A stretch of 64,000 nucleotides of DNA, from the NCBI GenBank assembly GCA_017407835.1, contig JAFQVV010000012.1, positions 19,010 through 83,009 of the forward strand, written 5' to 3'. Positions 53,352 to 63,255 of the stretch are shown piece by piece. The notes below the pieces were generated by a model that saw nothing but the letters and a program-made list of their open reading frames with translations, had not been told where the DNA came from and did no database searches. The position numbers and the translations under genes are program-made. Position 1 is the first letter of the stretch, and each line of letters opens with the position of its first letter. This DNA comes from Clostridia bacterium (lineage in GTDB: Bacteria; Bacillota; Clostridia; Oscillospirales; CAG-272).

Positions 53352-56078
53352 ATGACGCGTAAATGGTATGCCATGCCGCAGGATGCGGTCGAAAAGGAGC
53401 TGGGAAGCGGCGGAGGCGGGTTGTCGTCCAAAGCCGCCTCCACCCGTCGGCGCAGGGAAGGGGAAAACTGTTGTTTTGCCCTGCCGTACACTTCTGCGCA
53501 AACCTGTGCCGCCTATGTCTGCTCGGATATTTCCATGCTGCTGTTGGTGGTGACGGCTGTGATTGCCGCCATTTGGGGTGAGCAGGGCGGGGCAATTCTT
53601 GCCTTGGTTGCCCTCAACTGCACCGCAGCAATCTTTACCTATATAAAAGCACGCCGCATTGTGGAATCAATGGCGGTGTGTACCATGCCCCGTGTCCGCG
53701 TTCTGCGCGGCGGTCGGGTTTATGCGATTGACGCGCGCCTTTTGGTCCGCGGCGATGTAATCCTGCTGCAGGCGGGAGATGTTATCTCCTGCGATGCCCG
53801 CCTGATCGCCTCAGATGGGCTTGACGTGCTTGAGTATCGCGGCAAGATTGATGGTGTTCCCCGGCGCGGCCGGGTAACCAAAGATGCTTCCCGTACATAT
53901 GAGGAGCGCGAGGTGCTCTCACTGGGGGAACAGCTGAATATGGTTTTTGCAGGCTCAGTCGTGCTGGGCGGGCAGGGAAGAGCCATTGTGGTTGAGACAG
54001 GGGCGGATACCTTTCTGGTGTCCACCGAGGGACAGATTCCCCTGACGCGTCAGCGTGATCGTCTTGATGTGCTCGAGGCACTTAAGCGGTTCTGCGCACG
54101 TTCTTCACTGCTTATGCTGGTGATGATTCTGCCCCTGACATTGATTGGTGTTCTTTTCCCAACACAGGGGTTTGACTTGCTGGACTACTTTCTGCTTGCA
54201 CTTTCCCTTGCCGTCTCCTCCATGAGTGAGCTGACGGCGGCAATCGGATGCATTGTTGTGGCCTCAGGGCTTTTGTATGCTGCCAAAGGCGGCGGAACCG
54301 ATGAAAATACCGCCATTATGCCGCACATGGGCGATCTGCCCCACCTTGCCCGTATGGATGCCGTTGTCCTCTTTGATGATCTTCCGCTGACCGAAGGAAA
54401 ACTTCGCGTCACGGCATCCTGCGTTGGAACCGAACCCTTTTCGGCCGCCGCAGATCCCGCTTGGCAGACCGATCTGCTTGAAAGTGCGCTGATTGCCGCA
54501 GGCCTTCCGCATCCCGATCAGCTCGGTGAGCGCACTGAGGGGGGCGATGATGTTTCGGCACTGCTTGCGTTTGCCGAATCATGCGGTGTCTCGGCCGAGA
54601 AGGTGCGAAATCAAACAAAGCTTTTGGGTTATGCCGCTGCCTCGGCTGCCAACCCCTTCGATACGGCACTGATTGAGGAACAGCGTTCCCCTTATGTGAT
54701 TTGCCGCGGTGAAGTGAGCCGGCTGCTTCCCCGCTGTCGGCGCTCCCTTGACCGAAATGCTGTCGGAGGAACCTGCCTGCTGCGCGCCGAACGCCGGGAT
54801 GCATTGCTTGCCGCCTGTGCCGCCGAGACCGAAAGCGGCGGGTATGCGATCGCTTATGCCCGCAGGAGCAGTCCGTATAACACACTGCACCGCCTCTCCG
54901 CTGTGCAGGAGGAGCTGATTCTGATCGGTGTTCTGATTTTCCGCGATCCCATCGCGGCGGGGACTGCCGATGCGGTTACGGCACTTGCCAAAGCGGGTGT
55001 GTGCACCGTATTGATGGCAGATGCGCCCACAAACGGCGGAGACATCACTGCCCTTGCCCGTGCGGCAGGCATTTTGCGCGAGGGCGTTGTTTGCCGTGCG
55101 CCCGAGCCAATCCGTGATGATGCCGAGCTGTGCATCGGTTATTCTGTAGCCGAGCGCCGTGCGTGGCTGACCGCGCAGAAAGAGGCGGGACGTTTGATGC
55201 TGGGCGTCGGCACATCAGTCGGCGATCTTTCCCTGATGCAGGCGTGTGCTGTTGATGCGGTATCCACCCCCGTTGTCTACAATCGGCGGCGTGAGAATCG
55301 GATACTGACCTCGCTTGATCCCGCAAACGGTGAGGTTTACGGCGCTGAATTGCTCAAAAAGAACGCGAGCCTGCTCATTCGGCGCGCATCGGGCAAGTCG
55401 GGCGGTCTTCCTGCGATTGCTGCCGCACGCCGCGCCGCCCGCCGCATCGAAGCAAACCTCGCGTCGGCACTTCGCTGTCTGCTCGCCGCGCAAGGAATGC
55501 GCTGTGTTATGCTGCCGGCTATTCTTTGCCTGCGCATACCCGTCCTTCGTCCCATACAGATTCTTTTTTCGGGGCTGATTGTTGATTTTGCCGCAATTTT
55601 GGCCTGTGCCTTTGATCGCGGCCCTGATTTCCCTGTCGACCGTGACTTTTTCCGTCGCCCCCTGCGCAGCTGTCTGCCCGATTTTGTGATCGGTGCGGTT
55701 TGCGGAATGGGAAGTGTAGTGACGCTCTCGATCCTGCGTTTTTTCCGCAGTTTTGCCGCTGATGTTGACGCCGGAAGCGCATCCTTCCTCTTTTTGACGA
55801 TGCTGCTGACACAGCTTGTGCTGTTCTTCGTTTGCCGTCGGGGCGGTGCTGTTTTCCGTGGGACACGCATCGGGCTGCTTTTTCCGCTTCTGCTGCTCAC
55901 TTTTGGTTTGATATGCTATTTCTCGCCTGTTTGGGGCGGTGTTTTCGGGGTTTGTCCGCTCGCGCCCGAGGTTCTGCTCTGCCTGTTGATCTCGCCCATG
56001 ACTGCCCTCTTCGGCGGCGAAATTGTCCGCACGGTTTCGGCAGTGCGCGGGCTTCATCGGGAGGATGCCGATGCGTGA
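53352..56078 (+). CDS. P-type ATPase-like membrane protein with degenerate catalytic motifs
   Basis: The Cation_ATPase_N-like start, the A-domain strand LVRGDVILLQAGDVISCDARLI, and NMVFAGSVVLGGQGRAIVVETGADT are retained. TGES is absent, DKTGTLT reads DDLP-LT (nt 54372-54392), and GDGVND reads GTSVGD. Confidence 0.7.
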   Translation: MTRKWYAMPQDAVEKELGSGGGGLSSKAASTRRRREGENCCFALPYTSAQTCAAYVCSDISMLLLVVTAVIAAIWGEQGGAILALVALNCTAAIFTYIKARRIVESMAVCTMPRVRVLRGGRVYAIDARLLVRGDVILLQAGDVISCDARLIASDGLDVLEYRGKIDGVPRRGRVTKDASRTYEEREVLSLGEQLNMVFAGSVVLGGQGRAIVVETGADTFLVSTEGQIPLTRQRDRLDVLEALKRFCARSSLLMLVMILPLTLIGVLFPTQGFDLLDYFLLALSLAVSSMSELTAAIGCIVVASGLLYAAKGGGTDENTAIMPHMGDLPHLARMDAVVLFDDLPLTEGKLRVTASCVGTEPFSAAADPAWQTDLLESALIAAGLPHPDQLGERTEGGDDVSALLAFAESCGVSAEKVRNQTKLLGYAAASAANPFDTALIEEQRSPYVICRGEVSRLLPRCRRSLDRNAVGGTCLLRAERRDALLAACAAETESGGYAIAYARRSSPYNTLHRLSAVQEELILIGVLIFRDPIAAGTADAVTALAKAGVCTVLMADAPTNGGDITALARAAGILREGVVCRAPEPIRDDAELCIGYSVAERRAWLTAQKEAGRLMLGVGTSVGDLSLMQACAVDAVSTPVVYNRRRENRILTSLDPANGEVYGAELLKKNASLLIRRASGKSGGLPAIAAARRAARRIEANLASALRCLLAAQGMRCVMLPAILCLRIPVLRPIQILFSGLIVDFAAILACAFDRGPDFPVDRDFFRRPLRSCLPDFVIGAVCGMGSVVTLSILRFFRSFAADVDAGSASFLFLTMLLTQLVLFFVCRRGGAVFRGTRIGLLFPLLLLTFGLICYFSPVWGGVFGVCPLAPEVLLCLLISPMTALFGGEIVRTVSAVRGLHREDADA

Positions 56079-56559
56079 ACAGTTGATTCATTCCATCCCA
56101 CCCGTCTGGGATGCACAGTCGCGCATTCTCATTCTCGGCTCTTTTCCGTCTCCGAAATCACGCGAACAGGGATTTTTCTACGGGCATCCGCGCAATCGTT
56201 TCTGGCAGGTACTCTCTGCCGTTTATGCCTATCCCGTTCCGCAGACCGTCGAGGAAAAAATCAACTTCCTGCATCATGCGCATATCGCGCTCTGGGATGT
56301 GCTTGCCTCCTGCAGTATCGAGGGAGCCGCGGACAGCAGTGTCCGCGATCCCCGTCCGAACGATCTTTCTCCTATCCTGCAGGGGGCGCCGATTACCGCC
56401 ATCTGTACGACCGGGAAGACGGCGCACCGTCTGTATACGCGTTTTATCGCGCCCGATACGGGGATAGATGCCATTTCCTTACCTTCCACCAGTCCGGCAA
56501 ATGCCGGAATGTCGCTGGATGCCTTGGTTGAAGCCTATCGGCTCCTGCTTCGTCTGTGA
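56071..56559 (+). CDS. DNA-deoxyinosine (hypoxanthine) glycosylase, UDG superfamily
   Basis: ILILGSFPSPKSREQGFFYGHPRNRFW and ..LPSTSPAN.. GGAGGA lies 6 nt before the ATG at 56071. 8-nt overlap with the upstream gene. Confidence 0.75.
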   Translation: MREQLIHSIPPVWDAQSRILILGSFPSPKSREQGFFYGHPRNRFWQVLSAVYAYPVPQTVEEKINFLHHAHIALWDVLASCSIEGAADSSVRDPRPNDLSPILQGAPITAICTTGKTAHRLYTRFIAPDTGIDAISLPSTSPANAGMSLDALVEAYRLLLRL

Positions 56560-56598
56560 ACCGTTTCGCAATCTGCGAAACGGTTCTTTTTCTTTTTG
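56558..56598 (+). terminator. rho-independent terminator after the glycosylase gene
   Basis: gaaccgtttcgca-atc-tgcgaaacggttc followed by tttttcttttt. The stem starts inside the stop codon. Confidence 0.85.
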
Positions 56599-56639
56599 TT
56601 TCGCATATACTGCAGCAGGAAAAGCAAGGAGGAGAGGGT

Positions 56640-56942
56640 ATGGCAAACTGTACGTGTACGGCATTGCGTGAGAAAGAGGTGATCAACCTCTGTGACGGCC
56701 GTCGTTTGGGATATGTGTGCGATGTTGAGCTGTCGTTGTGCGATGGAAAGCTCACGGCAATCATGGTTCCCGCCGAGAGCGGTTTGTTCGGCTTTTGCCG
56801 CTGTCCGCAGATCGTGATTCCGTGGGAGAAAATCGAGACAATCGGCAATGATGCGATTTTGGTTCGGCTAAGCCCGGCCGAATGCTGTCCGCAGGGAACC
56901 CGTGAAAAACGAGGTCCGCGGATTGGGCCGTTCCAGGGATAA
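56640..56942 (+). CDS. YlmC/YmxH family PRC-barrel protein (sporulation-associated family)
   Basis: AGGAGGAGAGGG RBS. L.EKEVINLCDGRRLGYVCDVEL.L.DGKLTAIMVP..... is the YlmC/YmxH signature. Confidence 0.75.
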   Translation: MANCTCTALREKEVINLCDGRRLGYVCDVELSLCDGKLTAIMVPAESGLFGFCRCPQIVIPWEKIETIGNDAILVRLSPAECCPQGTREKRGPRIGPFQG

Positions 56943-56976
56943 TTGTAAAAAAACTGTGAATTTACGCAGGGCGCTC

Positions 56977-57005
56977 TTGCCAAGAACGCCCTGCTGTGCT
57001 ATACT
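56977..57005 (+). promoter_or_regulatory. sigma-A-type promoter of rpsB-tsf
   Basis: TTGCCA, 17-nt spacer, TATACT. It is followed by a ~150-nt leader. Confidence 0.6.
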
Positions 57006-57154
57006 ATCTACAATTGCGGAAAAAGTGGAAAAATCCCTTTGGATGCAAGAAAATATTACACACACAGCGCAGTTTCGCGTGATCGGTGCTTGCCATCCCG
57101 CAGGTTGAACACGCCGTACGCTGTGGTGGAAACAACCGAAGGAGGACATGAAAA

Positions 57155-57883
57155 ATGTCGATTATCTCGATCAAGCAGCTGCTTGAAGCAGGCGTCCATT
57201 TCGGACACCACACCAGAAGATGGAACCCGAAGATGGCTGAGTACATCTTCACCGAGCGCAATGGTATCTATATCATTGACCTCCAGAAGACCGTAAAGAA
57301 GTTCGACGAGGCATATAACTTCGTTCGCGACCTCTCCGCACAGGGCGGTACTCTGCTGTTCGTCGGTACCAAGAAGCAGGCTGCCGATGCCATCAAGGAA
57401 GAGGCTACCCGCTGCGGTATGTACTACGTCAATGTTCGTTGGCCCGGCGGCATGATGACCAACTTCAAGACCATCAAGCGCTCCATCAACCGTCTCAACA
57501 ACCTGACCAAGATGCAGGAGGACGGTACCTTTGATATGCTTCCCAAGAAGGAAGTTGCCGCTAAGCAGAAGGAAATCTTCGACCTGGAGAAGAACCTCGG
57601 CGGTATCCGTACCATGGATACTCTCCCCTCTGCTATTTTCATCGTTGACCCCCGCAAGGAAAAGAACGCTGTTGCCGAGGCAAAGAAGCTGGGTATTCCG
57701 GTCATTGCCATCGTTGACACCAACTGCGATCCCGATGATGCCGACTACATCATCCCCGGTAACGATGACGCTATCCGCGCCATCAAGCTCATCTCCTCTG
57801 TTCTCGCTGACGCTGTCATCGAGGGCAAGCAGGGCGAGCAGCTGACCGACGCTGAGCCCGCTGCTGAGGACGCAGAGGCCTAA
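57155..57883 (+). CDS. rpsB: 30S ribosomal protein S2
   Basis: [43 protein letters not shown]. Confidence 0.95.
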   Translation: MSIISIKQLLEAGVHFGHHTRRWNPKMAEYIFTERNGIYIIDLQKTVKKFDEAYNFVRDLSAQGGTLLFVGTKKQAADAIKEEATRCGMYYVNVRWPGGMMTNFKTIKRSINRLNNLTKMQEDGTFDMLPKKEVAAKQKEIFDLEKNLGGIRTMDTLPSAIFIVDPRKEKNAVAEAKKLGIPVIAIVDTNCDPDDADYIIPGNDDAIRAIKLISSVLADAVIEGKQGEQLTDAEPAAEDAEA

Positions 57884-57917
57884 GTCCCCAACGATTAAAA
57901 TTTAAGGAGATAAAATC

Positions 57918-58838
57918 ATGGCAAACATTGCTGCAAAAGATGTCGCCGAGCTGCGCAAGCAGACCGGTATCGGTATGATGGAGTGCAAGAAGGCACTCGT
58001 TGAAGCAGACGGTAATTTCGAAGAGGCAATCAAGATCCTTCGTGAGAAGGGCGAGCTGAAGGCTGAGTCCAAGATGGCTACCAGAATCGCAGCTGACGGT
58101 CTGGTTGAGATCCTCAAGGAGGGCAACTACACCGCAATGATCGAGGTTAACTCCGAGACCGACTTCGTTGCAAAGAACGAGACCTTCAAGGCTTTCGTTG
58201 CCGACCTGCTCAAGATCATTGTTGCCCAGAATCCCGCAGATGTTGATGCACTCATGGCCTGCAAGTTCGACGACGAGATGAACGTCGAGGCAAAGCTGAA
58301 GGAAATGATCTTCAAGATCGGTGAGAAGATCACCGTTCGCCGCTTTGTTCTGGTTGAAGGCATCACCAGCACCTATATCCACGGCACCGGCTCCATCGGT
58401 GTTATCGCCAAGTTCGAGACCAATGTTGCCGACAAGGCGGAGTTCGCTGCATTCGCAAAGAACATCGCTCTCCAGATCGGCGCATATCCCACTCCCTACC
58501 TCTGCCGCGAGCAGGTTCCTGCAAGCGTGATCGAGGAAGAGAAGAACATCCTTCTCGCGCAGATCGCCAACGATCCTGCCAACGCAAAGAAGCCCGATGC
58601 AATCAAGGCTAAGATGGTTGAGGGCAGAATTTCCAAGTTCTACGACAACAACTGTCTGGTTGACATGGGCTACGTCAAGGACGATGAGCTGACTGTCGGT
58701 CAGTATATTGCAGCTACCGCTAAGGAGCTGGGCGGCGAGATCAAGGTCGTCGATTACTATCGCTTCGAGAAGGGCGAGGGTATCCAGAAGCGCGAGGACA
58801 ACTTCGCTGAGGAAATCGCAAAGCTGACCAGCAAATAA
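57918..58838 (+). CDS. tsf: translation elongation factor Ts
   Basis: VAELRKQTGIGMMECKKALVEADGNFEEAIK (UBA-like N-terminus) plus the EF-Ts core. Confidence 0.95.
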   Translation: MANIAAKDVAELRKQTGIGMMECKKALVEADGNFEEAIKILREKGELKAESKMATRIAADGLVEILKEGNYTAMIEVNSETDFVAKNETFKAFVADLLKIIVAQNPADVDALMACKFDDEMNVEAKLKEMIFKIGEKITVRRFVLVEGITSTYIHGTGSIGVIAKFETNVADKAEFAAFAKNIALQIGAYPTPYLCREQVPASVIEEEKNILLAQIANDPANAKKPDAIKAKMVEGRISKFYDNNCLVDMGYVKDDELTVGQYIAATAKELGGEIKVVDYYRFEKGEGIQKREDNFAEEIAKLTSK

Positions 58839-58862
58839 GATATCCATTCTCGAAGAATAATG

Positions 58863-58902
58863 AAAAAACTGTCACACGAGCCAGCTCCTGTGACAGTTTT
58901 TT
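58863..58902 (+). terminator. rho-independent terminator after tsf
   Basis: aaaaaactgtcaca-(12 nt loop)-tgtgacagtttttt. Confidence 0.75.
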
Positions 58903-58933
58903 CGCAAGTTGCAAAAAATTTTCAAAAATGTTG

Positions 58934-58962
58934 TTTACAAAAAAGCGCGAATGGAGTACAAT
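58934..58962 (+). promoter_or_regulatory. sigma-A-type promoter of pyrH-frr
   Basis: TTTACA, 17-nt spacer, TACAAT. Confidence 0.55.
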
Positions 58963-59005
58963 AAAAGTATCAGCATTGTAATCTCATTCTCGAAGGGGGA
59001 ATTTT

Positions 59006-59746
59006 ATGGAACAGGCAAAGCCGATCTACAGACGAATTTTGATCAAGCTCTCGGGGGAAGCGCTCCGCGATGAAAAGGGAACGACAATTTATGAAGCAAG
59101 TCGTTTGCAGGAAGCGGCGGAAAATTTGCGCACCATTTATGCAGGCGGCACACAGGTGGTGGTCGTCGTTGGTGCGGGCAATATTTGGCGCGGAGGGCGA
59201 AATTCGGGTTTCCCGATGCGCAATCGCTCTCGCGGTGATGCCATGGGTATGCTTGCCACGGTGATCAACTCGCTTGCGATTGTTGATGCACTTGAGCAGG
59301 CAGGCGTTCCTGCCGTTGCCATGTCCACTATCGATGTCTCTCCCCTTGCCGCACACTATTCGCGCGAGGCGGCAGATGCCGCGCTGAACGCAGGCAAAGT
59401 TGTTGTTCTGGGCAGCGGACTGGGAATCCCCTATGTTTCTACCGACACAACCGCCATTGTCCGCGGCTCCGAGCTGGAGGTCGACATGGTCCTGATGGCG
59501 AAAAATGTGGACGGCATCTATGATAAAGATCCCGGAAAATTCGATGATGCGGTGAAGTTTGATACCCTCAGCTATGAACGCATTATTGCAGATAAACTCA
59601 AAGCCATCGATCTGACCGCTGCACAGCTCGGTCTTGAACGGAAGATCGGGTTTATCGCCTTTGATCTGCGTGACCCCGCCAACATTGGCCGTGTCATGGC
59701 AGGCGAAAAGATTGGCACACGCGTTAACGCCCAAGAACTGCTTTAA
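59006..59746 (+). CDS. pyrH: UMP kinase
   Basis: YRRILIKLSGEAL.., ..VVVGAGNIWRG.. and ..DGIYDKDP. Confidence 0.95.
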   Translation: MEQAKPIYRRILIKLSGEALRDEKGTTIYEASRLQEAAENLRTIYAGGTQVVVVVGAGNIWRGGRNSGFPMRNRSRGDAMGMLATVINSLAIVDALEQAGVPAVAMSTIDVSPLAAHYSREAADAALNAGKVVVLGSGLGIPYVSTDTTAIVRGSELEVDMVLMAKNVDGIYDKDPGKFDDAVKFDTLSYERIIADKLKAIDLTAAQLGLERKIGFIAFDLRDPANIGRVMAGEKIGTRVNAQELL

Positions 59747-59781
59747 CTCTGACACTATACATAAAACAAAGGAGATTTGCC

Positions 59782-60336
59782 ATGAAACTGAACACCAAGG
59801 ATTACGAAGAGAAAATGAAAAAGAGCCTCGCCTCGCTCGAGGAGACCCTGACTTCGGTTCGTGCGGGTCGTGCCAACGCAGGCGTGCTGTCCCGCGTAAC
59901 TTTTGATTACTGGGGCACCCCCACGCCCATTACCACCATGGCTGATGTTCGCGTGACCGATGCAAAGACGCTGACCATCACCCCCTTCGATGCAAAATCG
60001 CTCAAGGATATGGAGAAGGCGATTCTTGCCTCCGATATTGGCATCACGCCCCAGAACGACGGTAAAGTTCTGCGCATGGTATTCCCTCAGCCTACCGAGG
60101 AGCGCCGCCGCGAGCTGAAAAAGCAGGTCCAGAAGTACGGCGAAGACGCAAAGGTTGCCATTCGCAATATCCGCCGCGATGCAAACGATGCCTGCAAGGC
60201 ACAGAAGAAAGACGGCAGCATGACTGAGGATGAGCAGAAAGCATCCGAGAAGGCAATTCAGGACCTGACCGATAAGTACATCAAGCAGGTCGATGCCATT
60301 GCTGCTGCCAAAGAGAAGGAGATCATGGAGATCTAA
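59782..60336 (+). CDS. frr: ribosome recycling factor
   Basis: SVRAGRANAGVLSRV.., ..TPQNDGKV.R..FP..TEERR.EL.K.. and ..IRNIRRDAND. Confidence 0.95.
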   Translation: MKLNTKDYEEKMKKSLASLEETLTSVRAGRANAGVLSRVTFDYWGTPTPITTMADVRVTDAKTLTITPFDAKSLKDMEKAILASDIGITPQNDGKVLRMVFPQPTEERRRELKKQVQKYGEDAKVAIRNIRRDANDACKAQKKDGSMTEDEQKASEKAIQDLTDKYIKQVDAIAAAKEKEIMEI

Positions 60337-60404
60337 GGCACCCTGCCGTGCCGTGCGCATCAGGTATCGGTGTGCAGAAAAATGAAATGTAAATGGAGTT
60401 CTCT

Positions 60405-61118
60405 ATGGCCCAAACCCAAACAGAAAATCCAATCCGTGTTGACGCTCGTCTGCGGCACATTGCCTTCATCATGGACGGCAACGGCCGTTGGGCGCAGAAA
60501 CGGATGATGCCCCGCGAATACGGGCACAAAGTCGGTGCGGCTACCTTCAAAAAAGTGGTTCGCCATTGCGGAGATATCGGGATCAAAACCGTTACGGTAT
60601 ATGCGTTTTCAACCGAAAATTGGTCCCGCCCTCCGCGCGAGGTCAATGCTATCCTGCGTTTACTTGAAGAGTATCTGGATAAATGTGAAAATGACCGTGA
60701 AGCGCAGGACATTCGCTATCGCTTCATCGGCGATCAAAGCGTGCTGCCCGAGGGGCTGCGCCGCCGCATCGAGCACATCGAGAGGACCTCTGCCGACCGT
60801 GAGCTGACGCTGAATATTGCCCTCAACTACGGTGCGCGGGATGAGCTTGTTCATGCCGTTAATCGTTTGATCGCAGAGGGAAAGCAGTCGGTCACCGCCG
60901 AGGATATCTCGGGCGCACTTTATACCGCAGACTCGCCCGACCCTGATTTGATCGTTCGGACGGGCGGCGAGTTGCGCCTCTCTAACTTTTTGCTCTGGCA
61001 GGCCGCCTATGCAGAGCTGTATTTCACCGATGTTCTCTGGCCCGATCTCTCGGACCAAGATGTGGATGCAGCTGTGCGACATTTTTACGCAAGACAACGC
61101 CGCTTTGGCGGGGTGTGA
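60405..61118 (+). CDS. uppS: isoprenyl transferase (undecaprenyl diphosphate synthase)
   Basis: HIAFIMDGNGRWA.., ..YAFSTENW.R.. and ..IRTGGE.RLSNFLLWQ.AYAE. ATG at 60405 has GGAG 6 nt upstream; the track start 60393 has none. Confidence 0.9.
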   Translation: MAQTQTENPIRVDARLRHIAFIMDGNGRWAQKRMMPREYGHKVGAATFKKVVRHCGDIGIKTVTVYAFSTENWSRPPREVNAILRLLEEYLDKCENDREAQDIRYRFIGDQSVLPEGLRRRIEHIERTSADRELTLNIALNYGARDELVHAVNRLIAEGKQSVTAEDISGALYTADSPDPDLIVRTGGELRLSNFLLWQAAYAELYFTDVLWPDLSDQDVDAAVRHFYARQRRFGGV

Positions 61119-61130
61119 AAGGATCTAATC

Positions 61131-61967
61131 ATGCGAATACGATTTATCACCGCCACGGTTGGTATCGCTGTTTTACTGCCTATTTTGTTTCTTTCCCATA
61201 CGTGGGTTTTGCCCATCGCCGCAGCATTTTTTTCGGTGGTTGGTTCATTTGAAATGATGCGCTGTCTGGGCGTACATCGCAATTTGCTCGCTGTCGTCCC
61301 ACTGTGCTTGATTTCGGCCGCATTGCCCATTGCCGCTCGTTTGATCGGCGAAATTTCCGCGTTCGGAAGCTTTGCGCTTTTTGTGCTGATGGGCTATTTT
61401 TTCTATCTGATGGCAGTTACGCTGCTCTCGAAAAATACGCTCACCGTGGCGCAAAGTGCCCAGATCTTTATGACGGGTGCATACATCTCGCTGGCGTTTT
61501 CTGCCATTGTTATGGTGCGAGACTTCGGCGAAACGGGAAAGTATCTCTATCTGCTGATTTTTATCGCGGCGTGGGTAACCGATATTTTTGCCTATCTTTG
61601 CGGCAGATTCTTCGGCCGGCATAAGCTGATTCCCGCTGTCAGCCCCAACAAAACGGTTGAGGGAAGCATCGGCGGTATGCTGTTTTGTGTGCTTGCCTGC
61701 GTGCTGTTCGGCATAGTAACATCACTGCTGACGCAGGCTGAGCCGAACTACATCTTCCTTGCATTCAGCGGCCTTGTGCTCTCTGCTTGCGCACAGATTG
61801 GCGACTTGATTGCCTCGCTGATCAAGCGAGAGCATGGGATCAAAGATTACGGAAAGCTTTTCCCGGGGCACGGCGGTGTGATGGATCGCTTTGACAGCAT
61901 CGCAGCTGTTGCGATTGTTCTGCTGATCCTCTGCGCGTTGCCCGATATGGGACATTTTTACGCTTAA
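61131..61967 (+). CDS. cdsA: phosphatidate cytidylyltransferase
   Basis: Eight TM helices and the C-terminal signature SPNKTVEGSIGG.. / ..KREHGIKDYGKLFPGHGGVMDRFDS. Confidence 0.85.
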   Translation: MRIRFITATVGIAVLLPILFLSHTWVLPIAAAFFSVVGSFEMMRCLGVHRNLLAVVPLCLISAALPIAARLIGEISAFGSFALFVLMGYFFYLMAVTLLSKNTLTVAQSAQIFMTGAYISLAFSAIVMVRDFGETGKYLYLLIFIAAWVTDIFAYLCGRFFGRHKLIPAVSPNKTVEGSIGGMLFCVLACVLFGIVTSLLTQAEPNYIFLAFSGLVLSACAQIGDLIASLIKREHGIKDYGKLFPGHGGVMDRFDSIAAVAIVLLILCALPDMGHFYA

Positions 61968-62042
61968 ATCGCCGAGCAGGGCAGGGGGGATTTCTCTCCT
62001 TCTGCCCGCTCACTTTTTGCCCTTCCCCGAAAAGGAGGACTT

Positions 62043-63227
62043 ATGAATCAGACAATAACGACGGAATATCCGTCGATGATCGTTTTGGGCGCCACGGGCT
62101 CGGTTGGTCTGCAGGCGCTTGATGTCGCGCGTGAGCAGGGCATCCGTGTCACGGCGCTCAGCGCCAACCGCAGTGTGGACGAGGTTGAAGCACTGGTGCG
62201 TGAATTTTCTCCCGTCGCCTGCGCGATGGCAGATCCCGCTTCCGCCGCTGAGCTGCGTATTCGCTTGGCCGACACATCGGTTCGTGTTTATGCCGGAGCC
62301 GATGGAATTTGCAGGATGATTGAGGAGACCGAGGGCGAGGTGGTGCTCAACTCCATTGTTGGGCGTGCAGGTCTTGAGCCGACGCTGACGGCACTGCGCT
62401 GCCGCCGCCGTTTGGCACTTGCCAATAAGGAATCTCTGGTGGTGGCGGGGGATATCGTGATGGATACCGCACGTGCCGTCGAACAGGAGATTTACCCTGT
62501 TGACAGTGAACATAGTGCCATTTACCAATGCCTTGCTGCCGGTCGTCGTGCCGACCTGCGGCGGATTCTGCTCACCGCATCGGGAGGACCCTTCTTCGGC
62601 CGAACCCGCGATGAGCTGGCGAAAATCACCGTAGACGAGGCACTGGCCCACCCCACATGGAAAATGGGGGCGAAGATTACCATTGACAGCGCCACCCTGA
62701 TGAACAAGGGCTTTGAGGTGATCGAAGCCGTTCATCTGTTCGGGGTATCTCCTGCGCAGATCGAGGTGGTGGTTCACCGCGAGAGTATAATCCATTCCAT
62801 GGTCGAATACAATGACAACAGCATTATTGCACAGCTTGGGCTGCCCGATATGCGTACCTGCGTCCGTTATGCCGTGACCGCGCCTGCCCGTATTGCGGGT
62901 GATGTTGGCGCGATTGATTGGCGAACACTGGGGCAGCTGACCTTTGCCGCTCCCGATACCGATACCTTTACGCTGCTTCCGCTTGCGGTGGATTGTATCA
63001 CACGCGGCGGTGCGCTGCCCGCAGTGCTCAATGCTGCCAATGAGGTGGCCGTTTCCGCTTTCCTTGACCGTCGGCTGACCTTCATCGGTATTGCTGATAC
63101 GGTTGCCGCTGTCGTGGCTGACATGCCCGATGCCGCCGCTTGTCGGACGTTGGATGAGATTACGTCGGCGGACCGCGATGCGCGCGAACGTGCTCGACGG
63201 TTAATCGAGCCATCTTCCTTGTTTTAA
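62043..63227 (+). CDS. dxr: 1-deoxy-D-xylulose 5-phosphate reductoisomerase
   Basis: VLGATGSVG.., ..LANKESLV.., ..DSEHSAI.QC.. and ..ASGGPF...AL.HP.W.MG.KITIDSAT..NKG.E. Confidence 0.95.
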   Translation: MNQTITTEYPSMIVLGATGSVGLQALDVAREQGIRVTALSANRSVDEVEALVREFSPVACAMADPASAAELRIRLADTSVRVYAGADGICRMIEETEGEVVLNSIVGRAGLEPTLTALRCRRRLALANKESLVVAGDIVMDTARAVEQEIYPVDSEHSAIYQCLAAGRRADLRRILLTASGGPFFGRTRDELAKITVDEALAHPTWKMGAKITIDSATLMNKGFEVIEAVHLFGVSPAQIEVVVHRESIIHSMVEYNDNSIIAQLGLPDMRTCVRYAVTAPARIAGDVGAIDWRTLGQLTFAAPDTDTFTLLPLAVDCITRGGALPAVLNAANEVAVSAFLDRRLTFIGIADTVAAVVADMPDAAACRTLDEITSADRDARERARRLIEPSSLF

Positions 63228-63255
63228 TCTGCTTATTTTTCGGGAGGATACACCC

